Source: Vicinamibacterales bacterium
Lineage (GTDB): Bacteria; Acidobacteriota; Vicinamibacteria; Vicinamibacterales; JAMQPK01
Assembly: GCA_963761975.1 (NCBI GenBank)
Contig: CAVXIR010000007.1
Span: 1,359,906 to 1,423,905 of the forward strand
Reading direction: 5' to 3'
DNA length: 64,000 bases
Of the stretch, positions 41,254-52,584 are shown piece after piece. Both the position numbers and the translations under genes were made by a program. Each line of letters begins with the position of its first letter. Within the stretch, counting starts at the first letter, position 1. Under the pieces are notes generated by a model. That model searched no databases and was not told the origin of the DNA. It was given only the letters and a program-made list of their open reading frames with translations.

Positions 41254-43002
41254 TTAGTTGGACTGGCGAGCAGCGAAGATCGTGAGCCGATCTCCGATAT
41301 TGATGCGATTGCCGCGAATGGTGCGCGAGTTCCATGATTTCAGCGAGGCGATCGTCGTGTTGTAGAGCCTCGCAATAGAAGAAAGCGTGTCGCCCCGCCT
41401 GACACGGTGCACAATGCGCTGCGAATCGACCTTGCCGACTTTGGCGGCTGCCGCAGTGAGTGTGGATCTCTGCGGAACCACCGGGCGGGCATCAGCCACT
41501 ACGGCCTCGGGCTCGGGCGTGTCGGGCCGCGCAGCGAGAAGCGTCGTCGGCTCGCGCGGGATGATGAGCTGCTGGCCAACCCTGACGCGCGACTTCAGCG
41601 TCAGCGAGTTCGCCTCGGCAAGGTCTGCTTGCCGTACTTTCAGCTTGCGCGAGATCGAGAGCAACGTTTCGCCGCTTTTCACCGAGTGCCACTGGAACGA
41701 GTTCAGGCTGTCCGGGTTCGCAGAGGCCAGCCGGGCACGAAATGCGTCGCCAGTCCCTACAGGGACCTTGATCTCATAGTCCGGCGACCGCACGGGCGTC
41801 GTCCAGCGCCGCAGCTCCGGATTGAGCGCTTCGATGTCGTCGATTGGCGCCTTGGTCCATTCGGCCACCAGACGCAAATCGATGGCTTCGTCCACCTGCA
41901 CCTTTTCATAGGTGAGGGGCACATCCGGCTCGAGGTCGAAGCCATACTGCGCCGGATTTTTCGCGATGACGATCGCCGCGAGAATCATCGGCACGTACTC
42001 GCGCGTCTCGCGCGGCAGATAGCGCGAGGTCTCTGTTAGGTCCCAGAAGTCCCCTTTGCCCGATCGCTTAATCGCTCGCTGCACGCGCGCCGGGCCGCCG
42101 TTGTACGACGCCATGGCCAGATGCCAGTCGCCGTCGAACATCCTGCCGAGCGTCTTCAGATATTGCGCCGCGGCCTTCGTCGCCTTTTCCGGATCGGACC
42201 GTTCGTCGATATACCAGTTCTGGGTCAGCCCGTGTTCGCGCCCGGTATAGCTCATGAACTGCCACATGCCCTGCGCCTTGACGCGAGACCGGGCGGTGTT
42301 CTTGAACGCGCTCTCGACCAGTGGGATGTAGGCAAGATCGAGCGGCAGGCCTTGCTCGCGGAACTCCGCGTGAATCATCGGGAGGTATTTCACCCCGCGC
42401 TGCAGGCCTTCTCCGATGAATTCGCGCAGGTTTCCCTGAAAGAGCTCGATGTAGGAAAGCACTCTGCGGTTCAGGGGAATGTCGACGTCGTGGCTGGTCC
42501 GACTCAAATCGCTGGCAACGGTGGTTTCGGTTGCCGTCGTGGCCGCGGGTGGACCGAAGGTCGTGATCGCAAGCAGCTCGTCGATCGAGGCCGGCTCGCT
42601 TTTCTTTTCGACGAAGCCGTCGCCCTGCGCGAGCGCCGTGATTTCGTGCGCGCTGATACGCTCGATCAATCTATCAAACTGCCGTCGGATCCGAGGCTCG
42701 GACCGGGCGCCGTAGGGCGACTTCAGAAGTACATCCACCGAGAGATCGAAGGACATACGCGCCTGCTCGAGGTGTCCAAGCGCCAGCTCTCGCTCGCCGG
42801 AGACGAAGTGTCGCTGCGACTCAGCAATCAATTCCTCGACTGAATCCGCGGCCGGTAGCGGCGCAGATTCCCGGGCCACGACTGGCGGAGGGGCAGGTGG
42901 CGTGACCGTCACATGGCCGGTCTTCGGCGCTCTGCCGCATGCGACGATCGAGATGCTCACGCCGATGGCTGCCGCAGCAGGCAGCAATGTCCTGAAGATC
43001 AT
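41254..43002 (-). CDS. mltD: MltD-like lytic transglycosylase lipoprotein with LysM domains
   Basis: Lipobox IVAC; VESAF, GMWQFM, ASYNGG, ETREYVP; two LysM domains (HSVKSGETL, HRVRRGDTL). Confidence 0.9.
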   Translation of the reverse strand: MIFRTLLPAAAAIGVSISIVACGRAPKTGHVTVTPPAPPPVVARESAPLPAADSVEELIAESQRHFVSGERELALGHLEQARMSFDLSVDVLLKSPYGARSEPRIRRQFDRLIERISAHEITALAQGDGFVEKKSEPASIDELLAITTFGPPAATTATETTVASDLSRTSHDVDIPLNRRVLSYIELFQGNLREFIGEGLQRGVKYLPMIHAEFREQGLPLDLAYIPLVESAFKNTARSRVKAQGMWQFMSYTGREHGLTQNWYIDERSDPEKATKAAAQYLKTLGRMFDGDWHLAMASYNGGPARVQRAIKRSGKGDFWDLTETSRYLPRETREYVPMILAAIVIAKNPAQYGFDLEPDVPLTYEKVQVDEAIDLRLVAEWTKAPIDDIEALNPELRRWTTPVRSPDYEIKVPVGTGDAFRARLASANPDSLNSFQWHSVKSGETLLSISRKLKVRQADLAEANSLTLKSRVRVGQQLIIPREPTTLLAARPDTPEPEAVVADARPVVPQRSTLTAAAAKVGKVDSQRIVHRVRRGDTLSSIARLYNTTIASLKSWNSRTIRGNRINIGDRLTIFAARQSN

Positions 43003-43178
43003 CAGTCTCTAACTTCTGCGTTTCGTCCCAATCGAACAACAGAGACGAACGTAAATCGAGCGGGAGCTTTGGGGGAAGCTGAAGCCGGAGCGTAACACGC
43101 CGTTCAGCGTCGGGTCAATGTACTAACTTCAGTAATGTGAAGCTCATAACAGGACTGTAATCGAACGGTCCGAATGCA

Positions 43179-44940
43179 TTATCGTGCATCAATAAATACA
43201 CGCTTTTCTTCACCCAGGTCGCGTGCCGCGGGCGTCACGATCGAGCGACTGTCGAGCACGATTTTGACACCCGCTCGAAGCGCCTGACGAACATCTTCTT
43301 CGCACACAAATTCCGACGGACGCTGTGAACCGGCGTCTGACTCCCGCGCCGTACCGGTGTCAGAGGTCCCGCGTGACGTATGAGAGGCAGAAGCCTGTGG
43401 TGCACGGGAATCAGACCCCATGATCCCGCGTGAGGCAAGGAACTCGTCGATACGCGGGCCGAGGACGTCTGGATCCAATCCTGCGCGGTTGCGCGCAGGC
43501 GCCTTCGCCAAGGCTTCGGCCCCCGAATAGCCTGACGGAGATGCCGAACTCCCTTTCGCAGGCTGCGTCTGGTACGCCAGGCGTTTGATATTCAACAAGT
43601 GCTTCGGCGAGATGTTGTCTGACGTGATGTTGCCGCCCCAGCCGCCACATCCAAGGGTCATCGCCGGATCGAGGCCCGTCGTCATGCCGACCGAGCCATG
43701 CGTGGTCGGCGTGTTGACCACAATGCGAAACGCCGGCTTCTTGAGCCCGAATTCCAGAATCACCTGTTCGTTGCGCGAATGGATCGACATCGTGTGGCCC
43801 ATGCCGCCATATCGGAGAATCTCTTTACAGCGCTCGCAGCCTTCGCGCCAGTCTGAAACGACATACCACGACAAGACCGGGCTCAGCTTCTCGATCGACA
43901 ACGGATAGTCGCGGCCCACGCCAGCGAGCGGAGCGATAAGCACGCGCGTCGTCGCCGGGACCGTGATACCCGCCTTCTCCGCGATCACCGTCGCGGGCCT
44001 GCCCACAAGTGTCGGATTCGGCAGCCGCTGAGGTGACACGAGCACCTTCGTCACCGCATCGATTTCCGCCGTACCTCAAAAAATGGGCGCCCTGGCTAAT
44101 GAGCTCGCGTTTCAATTCTTCGCTGATAGCGGTGTCGACCACGACCGAGTTCGGCGACGAGCAGAGCAGGCCGTTGTCGAACGTCTTTCCGACGACGATG
44201 TCGGAGGCCGCTTTCTTGATGTCTGCGGAGCCCTCCACGTAGCACGGAGCATTGCCGGGACCGACGCCATATGCCGGTTTACCCGAGCTATATGCCGCGC
44301 GCACAAGGCCCATGCCGCCGGTGGCAAGAATGACGGCAACGTCGCGACTCTTCATCAGCTCTTGCGTCCCCTCGAGTGTCACCGTGGTCATCCAGTTGAT
44401 GCTGCCGTCGGGTGCGCCGGCCGAACGCGCACCTTCGTTCATGATCTCGGCCACGCGCGTGATGCAGCGAACGGCGGAGGGATGCGGGCTGATGACAATC
44501 GCGCAGCGTGCTTTCAGCGAGATGAGAATCTTGTAGATGGCTGTCGAGGTAGGGTTGGTCGAAGGCACAATCGCCGCAACAACCCCGAACGGCTCTGCAA
44601 TCTCGACGACTTTTCTATCCTCGAGACGGTTCAGGACACCGACGGTCTTCATCGGGCGTATGAAGCGGTAGACCCGTTCGGCGGAAAACTGGTTCTTCTG
44701 GATCTTGTCGCCAACCACGCCGTAGCCGGTTTCCTCGACCGCCAGCTTCGCGAGCGCTTCGCATTGCGGGGCGACAGCGGCCGCCATCGCATCGACGATG
44801 GCGTCGATTCGATCCTGCGACAGCTCCGCGATTTCCATCTGGGCCTGCTTCGCACGGCGCGCAAGCGCGCGTGCTTCGGCCATCGAAGCGAGATCGCGAT
44901 CGGATGCTTTGGACGAGGGAACTGGTTGAGGACTCGCCAT
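43179..44940 (-). CDS. Acylating aldehyde dehydrogenase (EutE/PduP-like), frameshift near 44070
   Basis: [42 protein letters not shown]; C-terminal extension typical of BMC-associated enzymes. Confidence 0.88.
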
Positions 44941-44952
44941 GTCCCGCGTAGG

Positions 44953-45228
44953 CTAGATCTTGGGTAGAATTTTTTCGACCTCGCCGTGCGGCCGGGGAAT
45001 CACGTGCACCGACACGAGTTCTCCCACACGCCGAGCCGCTGCGGCACCGGCATCGGTCGCAGCTTTGACGGCGCCCACATCGCCGCGCACCATCACCGTG
45101 ACGTAACCGGCCCCGATATACTCCTTCCCGATGAGCACCACGTTGGCGGCTTTCACCATGGCGTCTGCCGCTTCGACCGATCCGATGAGCCCCTTGGTCT
45201 CGACAAGGCCGAGCGCTTCTAAGGACAT
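44953..45228 (-). CDS. Bacterial microcompartment hexameric shell protein (EutM/PduA-like)
   Basis: ALGLVETKG...[11 protein letters not shown]...[10 protein letters not shown]...VHVIPRPH. Confidence 0.95.
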   Translation of the reverse strand: MSLEALGLVETKGLIGSVEAADAMVKAANVVLIGKEYIGAGYVTVMVRGDVGAVKAATDAGAAAARRVGELVSVHVIPRPHGEVEKILPKI

Positions 45229-45319
45229 GTGAGCGCGACTCTAACAGATTAGGCAGGGTGCGGCAACCCGGTTATAATGTTGATTCTTTTCGGGTTTAAC
45301 CGACATAACCATCACGTTT

Positions 45320-46219
45320 TTGACGATGCGAAAATCTCTTCGACCATTGGCCAGTCTGGCCATTGCCGCTGCGTGTGTGACCGGTTCGTCGACGTGCCGC
45401 CGTGAAGAACCCGAGCCGCCGCCGGTCGCGACGCCCTCGTTTTCCGCCAATCAGACACGCGTGCCGCTCGGCAGCCCACTCGAAGTGACTTACAAGTTTG
45501 TCGTCGCGAACGAACTGCCGAAGCTCACTGAAGATTTTCGTGTGTTCGTGCACTTTCTTGACGCCGACAACGAGCGCCTCTGGACCGACGACCACGACCT
45601 GCCCGTTCCGACCACACAGTGGAAGCCGGGCCAGACAATCGAATACACGCGAACCATGTTCGTGCCGATCGTGCCCTACGAGGGTGCGACCAAAGTCCTG
45701 ATGGGTCTGTACTCGAACGCCTCAGACTCGCGGCTGCCGCTTGCCGGCACCGTTCACGACCGTCGCTCCTATGTCGTCGGCACTCTCGATCTGCTGAAAC
45801 GCACCGAGGGCATCTTCGTGATGTTCAAGGAGGGCTGGCACGCGGCAGAAACGCCGCCCGACAATGCCGCCGTGGAATGGCAGTGGACGAGAAAGCAGGC
45901 GACGCTCTCGGTGCGGAATCCGAAAAAGGATGTCATGTTGTATCTGCACCTGGATGCGCCCGGCCTCTTTCCCGAGCCGCAGCAGGTGACGGTCACGCTG
46001 GGCGACCAGACGATCGATTCGTTCGTGCTCGAGCCAAAGAAGGAGCTCATCCGCAAGCCCACGATTACCGCCGCGCAGCTGGGCACTGCCGACGTGGTGG
46101 ACCTGAGGATTTCAGTCGATAAGTCTTATGTACCTGCCGTCATCACCAACGGCGCCAACAGAGATCCACGCGAATTGGGCGTCAGGGTGTTTCATGCGTA
46201 CGTGAGGCCGATCAGCTGA
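45320..46219 (+). CDS. Hypothetical exported/lipoprotein
   Basis: Signal peptide; 299-aa ORF leading the operon. Confidence 0.7.
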   Translation: MTMRKSLRPLASLAIAAACVTGSSTCRREEPEPPPVATPSFSANQTRVPLGSPLEVTYKFVVANELPKLTEDFRVFVHFLDADNERLWTDDHDLPVPTTQWKPGQTIEYTRTMFVPIVPYEGATKVLMGLYSNASDSRLPLAGTVHDRRSYVVGTLDLLKRTEGIFVMFKEGWHAAETPPDNAAVEWQWTRKQATLSVRNPKKDVMLYLHLDAPGLFPEPQQVTVTLGDQTIDSFVLEPKKELIRKPTITAAQLGTADVVDLRISVDKSYVPAVITNGANRDPRELGVRVFHAYVRPIS

Positions 46220-46221
46220 CC

Positions 46222-46866
46222 ATGAGGTATCTGTTTGCGCTCATCGTTCTCGCAATTGCGACGCCTGCGTCGGCGGATTTGATCTTTTTCTCGGAATCTC
46301 GATCGATGTCGGTCAAAAGCCATCGCGTCGAGGGAGATCGCATCGTCGTCAGCTTGCGAGGCGGCGGAGAGATGGCATTCGACCGGTCGGTGATCCTCAA
46401 GATCACACCCGACGAAGTCCCATATCCGGAAGAGAAGTCGAGTGAGAGTGACGCCGCCGATGAGGAAGCACCGTTGGCTGCGACCGCCGCGCTCGTGGAG
46501 CGCACGGTTTACGATCCCATCATCGAAAGCGCCTCAAATCGGCACGGCGTGTCTGCCCGGCTGGTCAAGGCGCTCATTCAGGTGGAATCGGCGTTTCAGC
46601 CGCGGGCACGGTCACATAAGGGCGCGATGGGTCTGATGCAGCTCATGCCCGACACCGCGCGTCAGTATCGGGCGCGGCCGTACGACCCCGCGAGCAACAT
46701 CGAGGCGGGCACCATGCACTTGAAGAAACTCCTCGAAGAGTTCGACTTGCCCGAGGCCCTCGCTGCCTACAATGCGGGCGAAGCCGCGGTACGCCGATTT
46801 GGCGGCATCCCGCCCTACAGCGAGACCAAGGCGTACGTCGCCAGGATCCTTGGTTTGCTACGGTAG
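46222..46866 (+). CDS. SLT-domain lytic transglycosylase
   Basis: IQVESAF, GLMQLMP, AAYNAG, ETKAYV. Confidence 0.9.
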   Translation: MRYLFALIVLAIATPASADLIFFSESRSMSVKSHRVEGDRIVVSLRGGGEMAFDRSVILKITPDEVPYPEEKSSESDAADEEAPLAATAALVERTVYDPIIESASNRHGVSARLVKALIQVESAFQPRARSHKGAMGLMQLMPDTARQYRARPYDPASNIEAGTMHLKKLLEEFDLPEALAAYNAGEAAVRRFGGIPPYSETKAYVARILGLLR

Positions 46867-46955
46867 CCGGGACCTGCAAGGCAAGACGCGGCCCGCAGAG
46901 TGGAGGGTGGGCTGCGGAAGGCGGGCCCTAACTATTATAATTTCAACCACTTAGC

Positions 46956-48164
46956 ATGGAATTCCAGTGCAGGCTGGTCACGGCGTCAGGCGAAATCGTC
47001 GAGGGCACGTATGCGGCGGAAAGCGAAGCCCGCCTTCGACATGATTTCGAGAATCAGGGTCTGCACGTCCTTTCGCTTCGCAAGCGCGGCATTCTGGGCG
47101 GCGGCAACGTCCTTCTCACTCGGCGGAAAATCTCGCGACACGAATTTCTCGTATTTAACCAGGAATTCGCCACACTCCTGAAGGCCGGAATGCCGCTGGT
47201 GCAGTCTATAGATCTACTCCGCCACCAGGTGGTCAACCCGGTGTTCCGCGGAGTGCTGGATGACGTGCACGAGAAGGTGCGGGGCGGCACGGCACTGTCG
47301 GACGCATTCGCAAGCCATGGCAATCTGTTTCCGCGCGTGTACACGGCGTCTCTGCTTGCCGGAGAGCGCAGCGGAAACCTCGATGCCATCTTGCGGCGGT
47401 ATGTCGTCTACGAGAAGGTTCTGGATACGGTACGGCGCAAGACGCTGTCGGCACTGATCTATCCGGTGATTCTGGTCGTGCTGGCCTTCGTCCTGGTCGG
47501 GATTATCGTGTTGAAGGTCGTTCCGGCGTTCAGCGATTTCTACGCAGGTTTCAACGCCGAACTGCCGTTGTCGACACGCATCATCCTGGCGGTCTCAGAG
47601 TTTGCGCAGCATCAGTTTCTGCTGCTGGTCGCCGCCGTCGTGGTGGGCGGTGTCGCATTTGCGGCCTGGATTCGGCAGCCGAATCAACGCGCGCAGTTCG
47701 ACCGAGCGTTGCTGACGATTCCGTTCATCGGTGGGACGGCGCGCAAATTCGTGACGGCGCAGATGGCGCGGACGCTCTCGACCTTGCTCGGCGGCGGCAT
47801 TCCGCTGGTGAACTCGCTCGAGGTGACTGCGCGATCGGTCAGCAACCAGCACATGGGCAGAGAGCTGGACGTGGTCACTCAGAACGTACGCGAAGGGCAG
47901 GGGCTCGCGGCCTCGCTTACAAAACGTGGCGTCGTGCCCGACGTCGCCCTGAAGATGATCGAGGTTGGGGAGTCGACGGGCTCGCTCCAGGACATGCTGA
48001 GCAGCCTCGCGGACTTCTATGATGAGGAAGTGGAGACGTCTGTCAGCCGCTTCGTAACCTTGATCGAGCCCATGCTGCTGGTCGCCATGGGCGTCGTCAT
48101 TGCCTTGCTGGTGTTGGCGCTGTACATGCCGTTGTTCCAGCTCAGCTCCGTCGTGAACCAGTAG
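46956..48164 (+). CDS. pilC: PilC/GspF platform protein
   Basis: Two T2SSF repeats (AGERSGNL, VGESTGSL); ALIYP; LIEP. Confidence 0.9.
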   Translation: MEFQCRLVTASGEIVEGTYAAESEARLRHDFENQGLHVLSLRKRGILGGGNVLLTRRKISRHEFLVFNQEFATLLKAGMPLVQSIDLLRHQVVNPVFRGVLDDVHEKVRGGTALSDAFASHGNLFPRVYTASLLAGERSGNLDAILRRYVVYEKVLDTVRRKTLSALIYPVILVVLAFVLVGIIVLKVVPAFSDFYAGFNAELPLSTRIILAVSEFAQHQFLLLVAAVVVGGVAFAAWIRQPNQRAQFDRALLTIPFIGGTARKFVTAQMARTLSTLLGGGIPLVNSLEVTARSVSNQHMGRELDVVTQNVREGQGLAASLTKRGVVPDVALKMIEVGESTGSLQDMLSSLADFYDEEVETSVSRFVTLIEPMLLVAMGVVIALLVLALYMPLFQLSSVVNQ

Positions 48165-48182
48165 GCAGATCTGCGTAGGAGG

Positions 48183-48278
48183 AAAAGGGGGTCAGACCCT
48201 CTTTTTTCGATTTTCGTAACAGTTCGCGGGTATGTGAGCAGACCGTTACGGAAACCGAAAAAAGAGGGTCTGACCCCC
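48183..48278. repeat. Intergenic inverted repeat
   Basis: ggggtcagaccctctttttt ... aaaaaagagggtctgacccc. Confidence 0.7.
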
Positions 48279-48328
48279 GGTGTCCGCAAGGACACGACCC
48301 GGCCGACGAGCAGCCGATACTTACCTAT

Positions 48329-49945
48329 ATGCCTGATCCGCAAATTGCGGTATCTGCCGAAGAGCGGCGCGCCGAGTACGAAGCGGCCCAGCGTCTCGCC
48401 AAACGATACCGGCTCGAGTTCGTCGACATGGAGCAGTTTCCGATCGACCAGGAACTGTTCCGCTCTATTCCCGCGGACCTCATGCTGCGGTATTCGTTCG
48501 TCCCTTACAAACGACAGGGCAAGGCGCTCGTCATCGTCGTCCCCGACCCGACCGATCTGCCTCTTCTCGACGAGCTGTCGCAGCTACTGGGCACGCCAAT
48601 CACGGTGACAGTCGGCGCGCGCTCGGCGATCGAGTCGATTCTCAAAAAGAGCGAGAGCTCGCAGCGGGTGCTCGAGGAAGCGACCGAAAGCTTCCAGATC
48701 CAGCTACTCAAAGACGACGACAACCTCGACGAAAACCTGACTGTCGAGCGTCTGACGAGCGACATCAGCCCGGTCATCAAGCTGGTCGATTCGACGATCT
48801 TCACGGCCATTCAGCGTCGCGCGAGCGACATTCACATCGAGACGGGCGACGACGCAGTGCACGTGAAGTATCGCATCGACGGCGTTCTGCAGCCCGCGAT
48901 GCGGCCGATCGCCAAACAGTTCCATTCGCCGATCATCTCGCGCATCAAAGTCATGGCCGAGCTCGACATCGCGGAGAAGCGCGTACCCCAGGACGGCCGC
49001 TTCAAACTGAAGGTGCCGGGCAAGACGATCGACTTCCGCGTGTCGATCATGCCGAGCGTACACGGCGAAGATGCAGTCATCCGCATTCTCGACAAGGAAT
49101 CCATCAGCGAGCAGTTCCGCGAGCTGCGGCTCGACATCCTCGGATTCCCGGATACCGAGCTCAAGCGCTTCCGCAAGTACATCGCCGAGCCCTACGGGAT
49201 GGTACTTGTGACGGGACCGACCGGCAGCGGCAAGACGACTACGCTGTACGCGGCGTTGTCGGAAATCAAATCCGTCGAAGACAAGATCATCACGATCGAA
49301 GATCCTGTCGAATATCAGCTGCGAGGAATTACGCAGATTCCGATCAACGAGAAAAAAGGGTTGACGTTCGCACGCGGGCTGCGGTCGATCCTCCGTCACG
49401 ATCCCGACAAGATCATGGTGGGGGAGATCCGCGACCCCGAAACCGCACAGATTGCCATTCAGTCGGCACTGACGGGCCACCTCGTGTTCACCACCGTCCA
49501 CGCCAACAACGTCATCGACGTGCTCGGGCGATTTCTGAACATGGGTGTCGAACCGTATCAGTTCGTGTCGGCGCTCAACTGCGTGCTGGCACAGCGCCTG
49601 GTTCGCATCATCTGCGCGCATTGCAAGCGGCCGGCGAAGATCACGCGCGCGCTCCTCGAAGAATCGGCACTGGATCCGAAGCTCGCCGATACGCACGTGT
49701 TTTACGAGGGCGGAGGTTGCATCGACTGCGGGGGGACCGGATTCAAGGGCCGCATGGCCATCTGCGAGCTGCTGGACCTGACCGATTCGATCCGTGAGAT
49801 GATTCTCGAGCGTCGGGCGTCATCGGAAATCAAGAAGACCGCTCACGACGAAGGCATGCGATTCCTCCGCGAATCGGCCGTCGAGAAGGTGTTGCAGGGC
49901 GCAACCACGCTTCGTGAAATCAACAAGGTTACCTTTGTCGAGTAA
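48329..49945 (+). CDS. pilB: PilB/GspE assembly ATPase
   Basis: ASDIHIE, GPTGSGKTT, IEDPVEY, LRHDPD, AQRLVR, CxxC pairs. Confidence 0.93.
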   Translation: MPDPQIAVSAEERRAEYEAAQRLAKRYRLEFVDMEQFPIDQELFRSIPADLMLRYSFVPYKRQGKALVIVVPDPTDLPLLDELSQLLGTPITVTVGARSAIESILKKSESSQRVLEEATESFQIQLLKDDDNLDENLTVERLTSDISPVIKLVDSTIFTAIQRRASDIHIETGDDAVHVKYRIDGVLQPAMRPIAKQFHSPIISRIKVMAELDIAEKRVPQDGRFKLKVPGKTIDFRVSIMPSVHGEDAVIRILDKESISEQFRELRLDILGFPDTELKRFRKYIAEPYGMVLVTGPTGSGKTTTLYAALSEIKSVEDKIITIEDPVEYQLRGITQIPINEKKGLTFARGLRSILRHDPDKIMVGEIRDPETAQIAIQSALTGHLVFTTVHANNVIDVLGRFLNMGVEPYQFVSALNCVLAQRLVRIICAHCKRPAKITRALLEESALDPKLADTHVFYEGGGCIDCGGTGFKGRMAICELLDLTDSIREMILERRASSEIKKTAHDEGMRFLRESAVEKVLQGATTLREINKVTFVE

Positions 49946-50897
49946 ATCTTTCCTTGCCGCTGCCCCTCCCACCGTCGCGGTGGAAATTGCCAGGAACCGC
50001 ATATCGGCAGCGGCGGTGACGGTGCGCAACGGAAGGCTATCGGTCACCGGGCACGCCATGGAGCCGCTGCCGGCCGGACTCGTGACCCCCGCACTGAACA
50101 GCGCCAACATCACCGAACCGAAAGCGCTGGCGTCGGCGCTGCAGCGCGTATTCGAGCGCCTGGGCATACGTCCGAAGCGGGTGGCGCTGGCCGTCCCCGA
50201 CCCGGTGGCCAAGGTCTCGATCCTGAAGTTCGAGAAGGTGCCCGGTCGCACGCACGATCTCGAAGAGCTGATCCGCTGGCAGGTGCGCAAGGCCGCACCG
50301 TTCCGCATCGAGGACGCGCAGTTGACCTACATCCCCGGCCTCAAGGCCGCGGACGACAGCACTGAGTTCGTCGTCGTGATGGCGCGAAAGGACATCATCC
50401 GCGAGTACGAGTCGGTGTGCGAAGAAGCAGGGGCGCAGGCCGGCATCGTCGATCTCGCCACGTTCAACGTGATTAACGTGGTCCTTGCCGGACCGCAAGC
50501 GCCTACCGACGACTGGCTGCTCGTGCACGTCACGCAGGAAGACGCGTCGATGGCGATTCTTCGCGGAGCGCACCTGGTGTTTTTCAGGAACCGCGCGGCC
50601 GACGCAGAGGGCAGTCTGGCCGACATGGTTCATCAGACGGCGATGTACTATGAGGATCGTCTGAGCGGGGCAGGCTTCGGACGCGTCGTGCTCGCTGGCG
50701 CGGGATTACCTGCCGCAGACGGCGGCCAGGATGCGGATTACCTGCGCCGCGCACTCGAACAGCGGCTCGACACCCGGGTCGACGCCATCGACCCGCGAAG
50801 CGCCGCAACCCTGATGGATCGGATTACGGCGAACACGGAGCTGCTCGACGCGCTTGCGCCACTCGTCGGCCTGCTCGCACGCGAGCAGGCCGCCTGA
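49914..50897 (+). CDS. pilM: PilM-like protein
   Basis: Actin-like PilM features; position after pilB. Confidence 0.75.
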   Translation: MKSTRLPLSSKSFLAAAPPTVAVEIARNRISAAAVTVRNGRLSVTGHAMEPLPAGLVTPALNSANITEPKALASALQRVFERLGIRPKRVALAVPDPVAKVSILKFEKVPGRTHDLEELIRWQVRKAAPFRIEDAQLTYIPGLKAADDSTEFVVVMARKDIIREYESVCEEAGAQAGIVDLATFNVINVVLAGPQAPTDDWLLVHVTQEDASMAILRGAHLVFFRNRAADAEGSLADMVHQTAMYYEDRLSGAGFGRVVLAGAGLPAADGGQDADYLRRALEQRLDTRVDAIDPRSAATLMDRITANTELLDALAPLVGLLAREQAA

Positions 50898-50902
50898 CCG
50901 TC

Positions 50903-51457
50903 ATGTTGCGCACCAACCTCTCAACTCGTCCTTTCTACAACGAGCGAGGTGTCCACACCGCGCTGATGGTCACGGCGCTGATTGTGGCGGCCCTCACCGT
51001 TTTCAACCTCACGCAAATCGGGCTGCTCTCCCGGCGCTATGCAGCGTTGAGAAGCGAGGCGACCGCGGCTGACAGGCGCGCGCAGGAGCTCCGCACGCAT
51101 GCGGCGCAGACACGACAGGCCATCGACACAAAGCAGCTCGACTCGATCTCGGGCGCTGCGCGCGAGGCGAACGAGATCATCAACCAGCGCCTGTTCTCGT
51201 GGACAGATCTGCTGAACCAGCTGCAGACAACGCTGCCTGACGACGTCCGTATCACATCGCTTCGGCCGAGAGTCGATCGCGGCACGGTGACCGTGCAAAT
51301 GACCGTTGCCGGACGCAGCGTCGACGACATCGAAGAGTTCATGACGAACCTCGAAAAAACCGAGGCGTTCAGCGAGGTGTTTCCACTGCAGGACGAGCGC
51401 GGCGACGACGGGAACGTGCAGGCCACGATCGAAGGGAAATATGCGATTGCCCCTTAA
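50903..51457 (+). CDS. pilN: PilN-like protein
   Basis: RTNLSTRPF N-terminus, TM, coiled coil, LPDDVRITSL. Confidence 0.8.
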   Translation: MLRTNLSTRPFYNERGVHTALMVTALIVAALTVFNLTQIGLLSRRYAALRSEATAADRRAQELRTHAAQTRQAIDTKQLDSISGAAREANEIINQRLFSWTDLLNQLQTTLPDDVRITSLRPRVDRGTVTVQMTVAGRSVDDIEEFMTNLEKTEAFSEVFPLQDERGDDGNVQATIEGKYAIAP

Positions 51458-52022
51458 ACGCATTTTTCAGGAAAAGCGCCGCCTGACTGTTCCGGTGTTG
51501 GGCGGGCTTGTCCTGAATCTGGTCGTCTACGCGGGCGTGGTGTTTCCGCTCACCGCACGCGCCAGCAGTGCGGAAGCTCAGGCACTGGCGGCCGAACAGC
51601 AACTGCTGGCGGCGCAGCGCGAAGATTCGGAAGCCCGCGGCCTCGCGCAGGGCCGCGATCGTACGGGGGCGGCGTTGAAAGCATTCTACCAGGACGTGCT
51701 GCCTTCGAACGCATCTCAGGCTCGCGGCGTCACGTTCCTGCGCCTGGCGCAGCTGGCCGAGCAGCACAATCTGGAGCAGTCAGGGCGGAAGAGCGACCGT
51801 GAGTTGAACGAGAAAGAGTCGACGCTCGCGCGAATCCGAATATCGATGTCGCTGCGGGGCAACTGGGATGACATTCGTCGTTTCATCTATCACGTCGAAA
51901 CGGGCACAGACTTCATCGTGATCGACAGCGTTGCCTTGCGTCAGGGGCTCGAGCCAGGGTCACCCTTGACGCTCGAGCTGAATTTGTCGACGTATTACCG
52001 TATGGGCCCCGATGGAGCATAA
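51441..52022 (+). CDS. pilO: PilO/GspM-like protein
   Basis: TM, coiled coil, LRGNWDDIRRFIYHVE. Confidence 0.75.
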   Translation: MRLPLKRIFQEKRRLTVPVLGGLVLNLVVYAGVVFPLTARASSAEAQALAAEQQLLAAQREDSEARGLAQGRDRTGAALKAFYQDVLPSNASQARGVTFLRLAQLAEQHNLEQSGRKSDRELNEKESTLARIRISMSLRGNWDDIRRFIYHVETGTDFIVIDSVALRQGLEPGSPLTLELNLSTYYRMGPDGA

Positions 52023-52575
52023 ACGCCGGCGCGAGCTGGCGCTCGCCTCGATCGCGCTCGTCGTGCTGGCGATTGCGGTGTGGACGCAGCGCGCCGGTGG
52101 ACGCCCGTCGAATGGCGGTACACCTGCCGGCGCCGCGGCGGGCACCCCAGCGCAGACAGGCCAGAAGCCTCCTTTCGCTGGAGTGAATCTCGAAGCACTC
52201 GAGGCGGAGCGGCCAGAGCCGGACGAAGGCACTCGAAACCCCTTCAGGTTCAAGCAGACACCTATGACAGCGCCACCACCATCGACTGGCGTCAAACCAC
52301 CGCCACAGCCATCGGTTACCGCACCAGTTGTGGCTGGGCCGCCTGGGGTGCAGCCACCGCCGCGCATCATGTTGAAATACATCGGCGACGTGGCCGATCC
52401 GCTGAAAGCCGGAGCCAAGATCGCTGTCCTGACCGACGGGCGCAACGTCTTCCAGGGCCGTGAAGGGGATGTCATCGAGGGCCGATATCGGATAGAGAGG
52501 ATAGGCGTAGAATCGGTGGACCTCGCGTATCTCGACGGGCGCGGGCGTCAGACCATCAGGCAAACTGGCCAATAA
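52012..52575 (+). CDS. PilP-like protein
   Basis: RNPFRF, Pro-rich linker, LKYIG...GDVIEGRYRI; lies before the secretin. Confidence 0.65.
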   Translation: MEHKRRRELALASIALVVLAIAVWTQRAGGRPSNGGTPAGAAAGTPAQTGQKPPFAGVNLEALEAERPEPDEGTRNPFRFKQTPMTAPPPSTGVKPPPQPSVTAPVVAGPPGVQPPPRIMLKYIGDVADPLKAGAKIAVLTDGRNVFQGREGDVIEGRYRIERIGVESVDLAYLDGRGRQTIRQTGQ

Positions 52576-52584
52576 AAACCGCGA

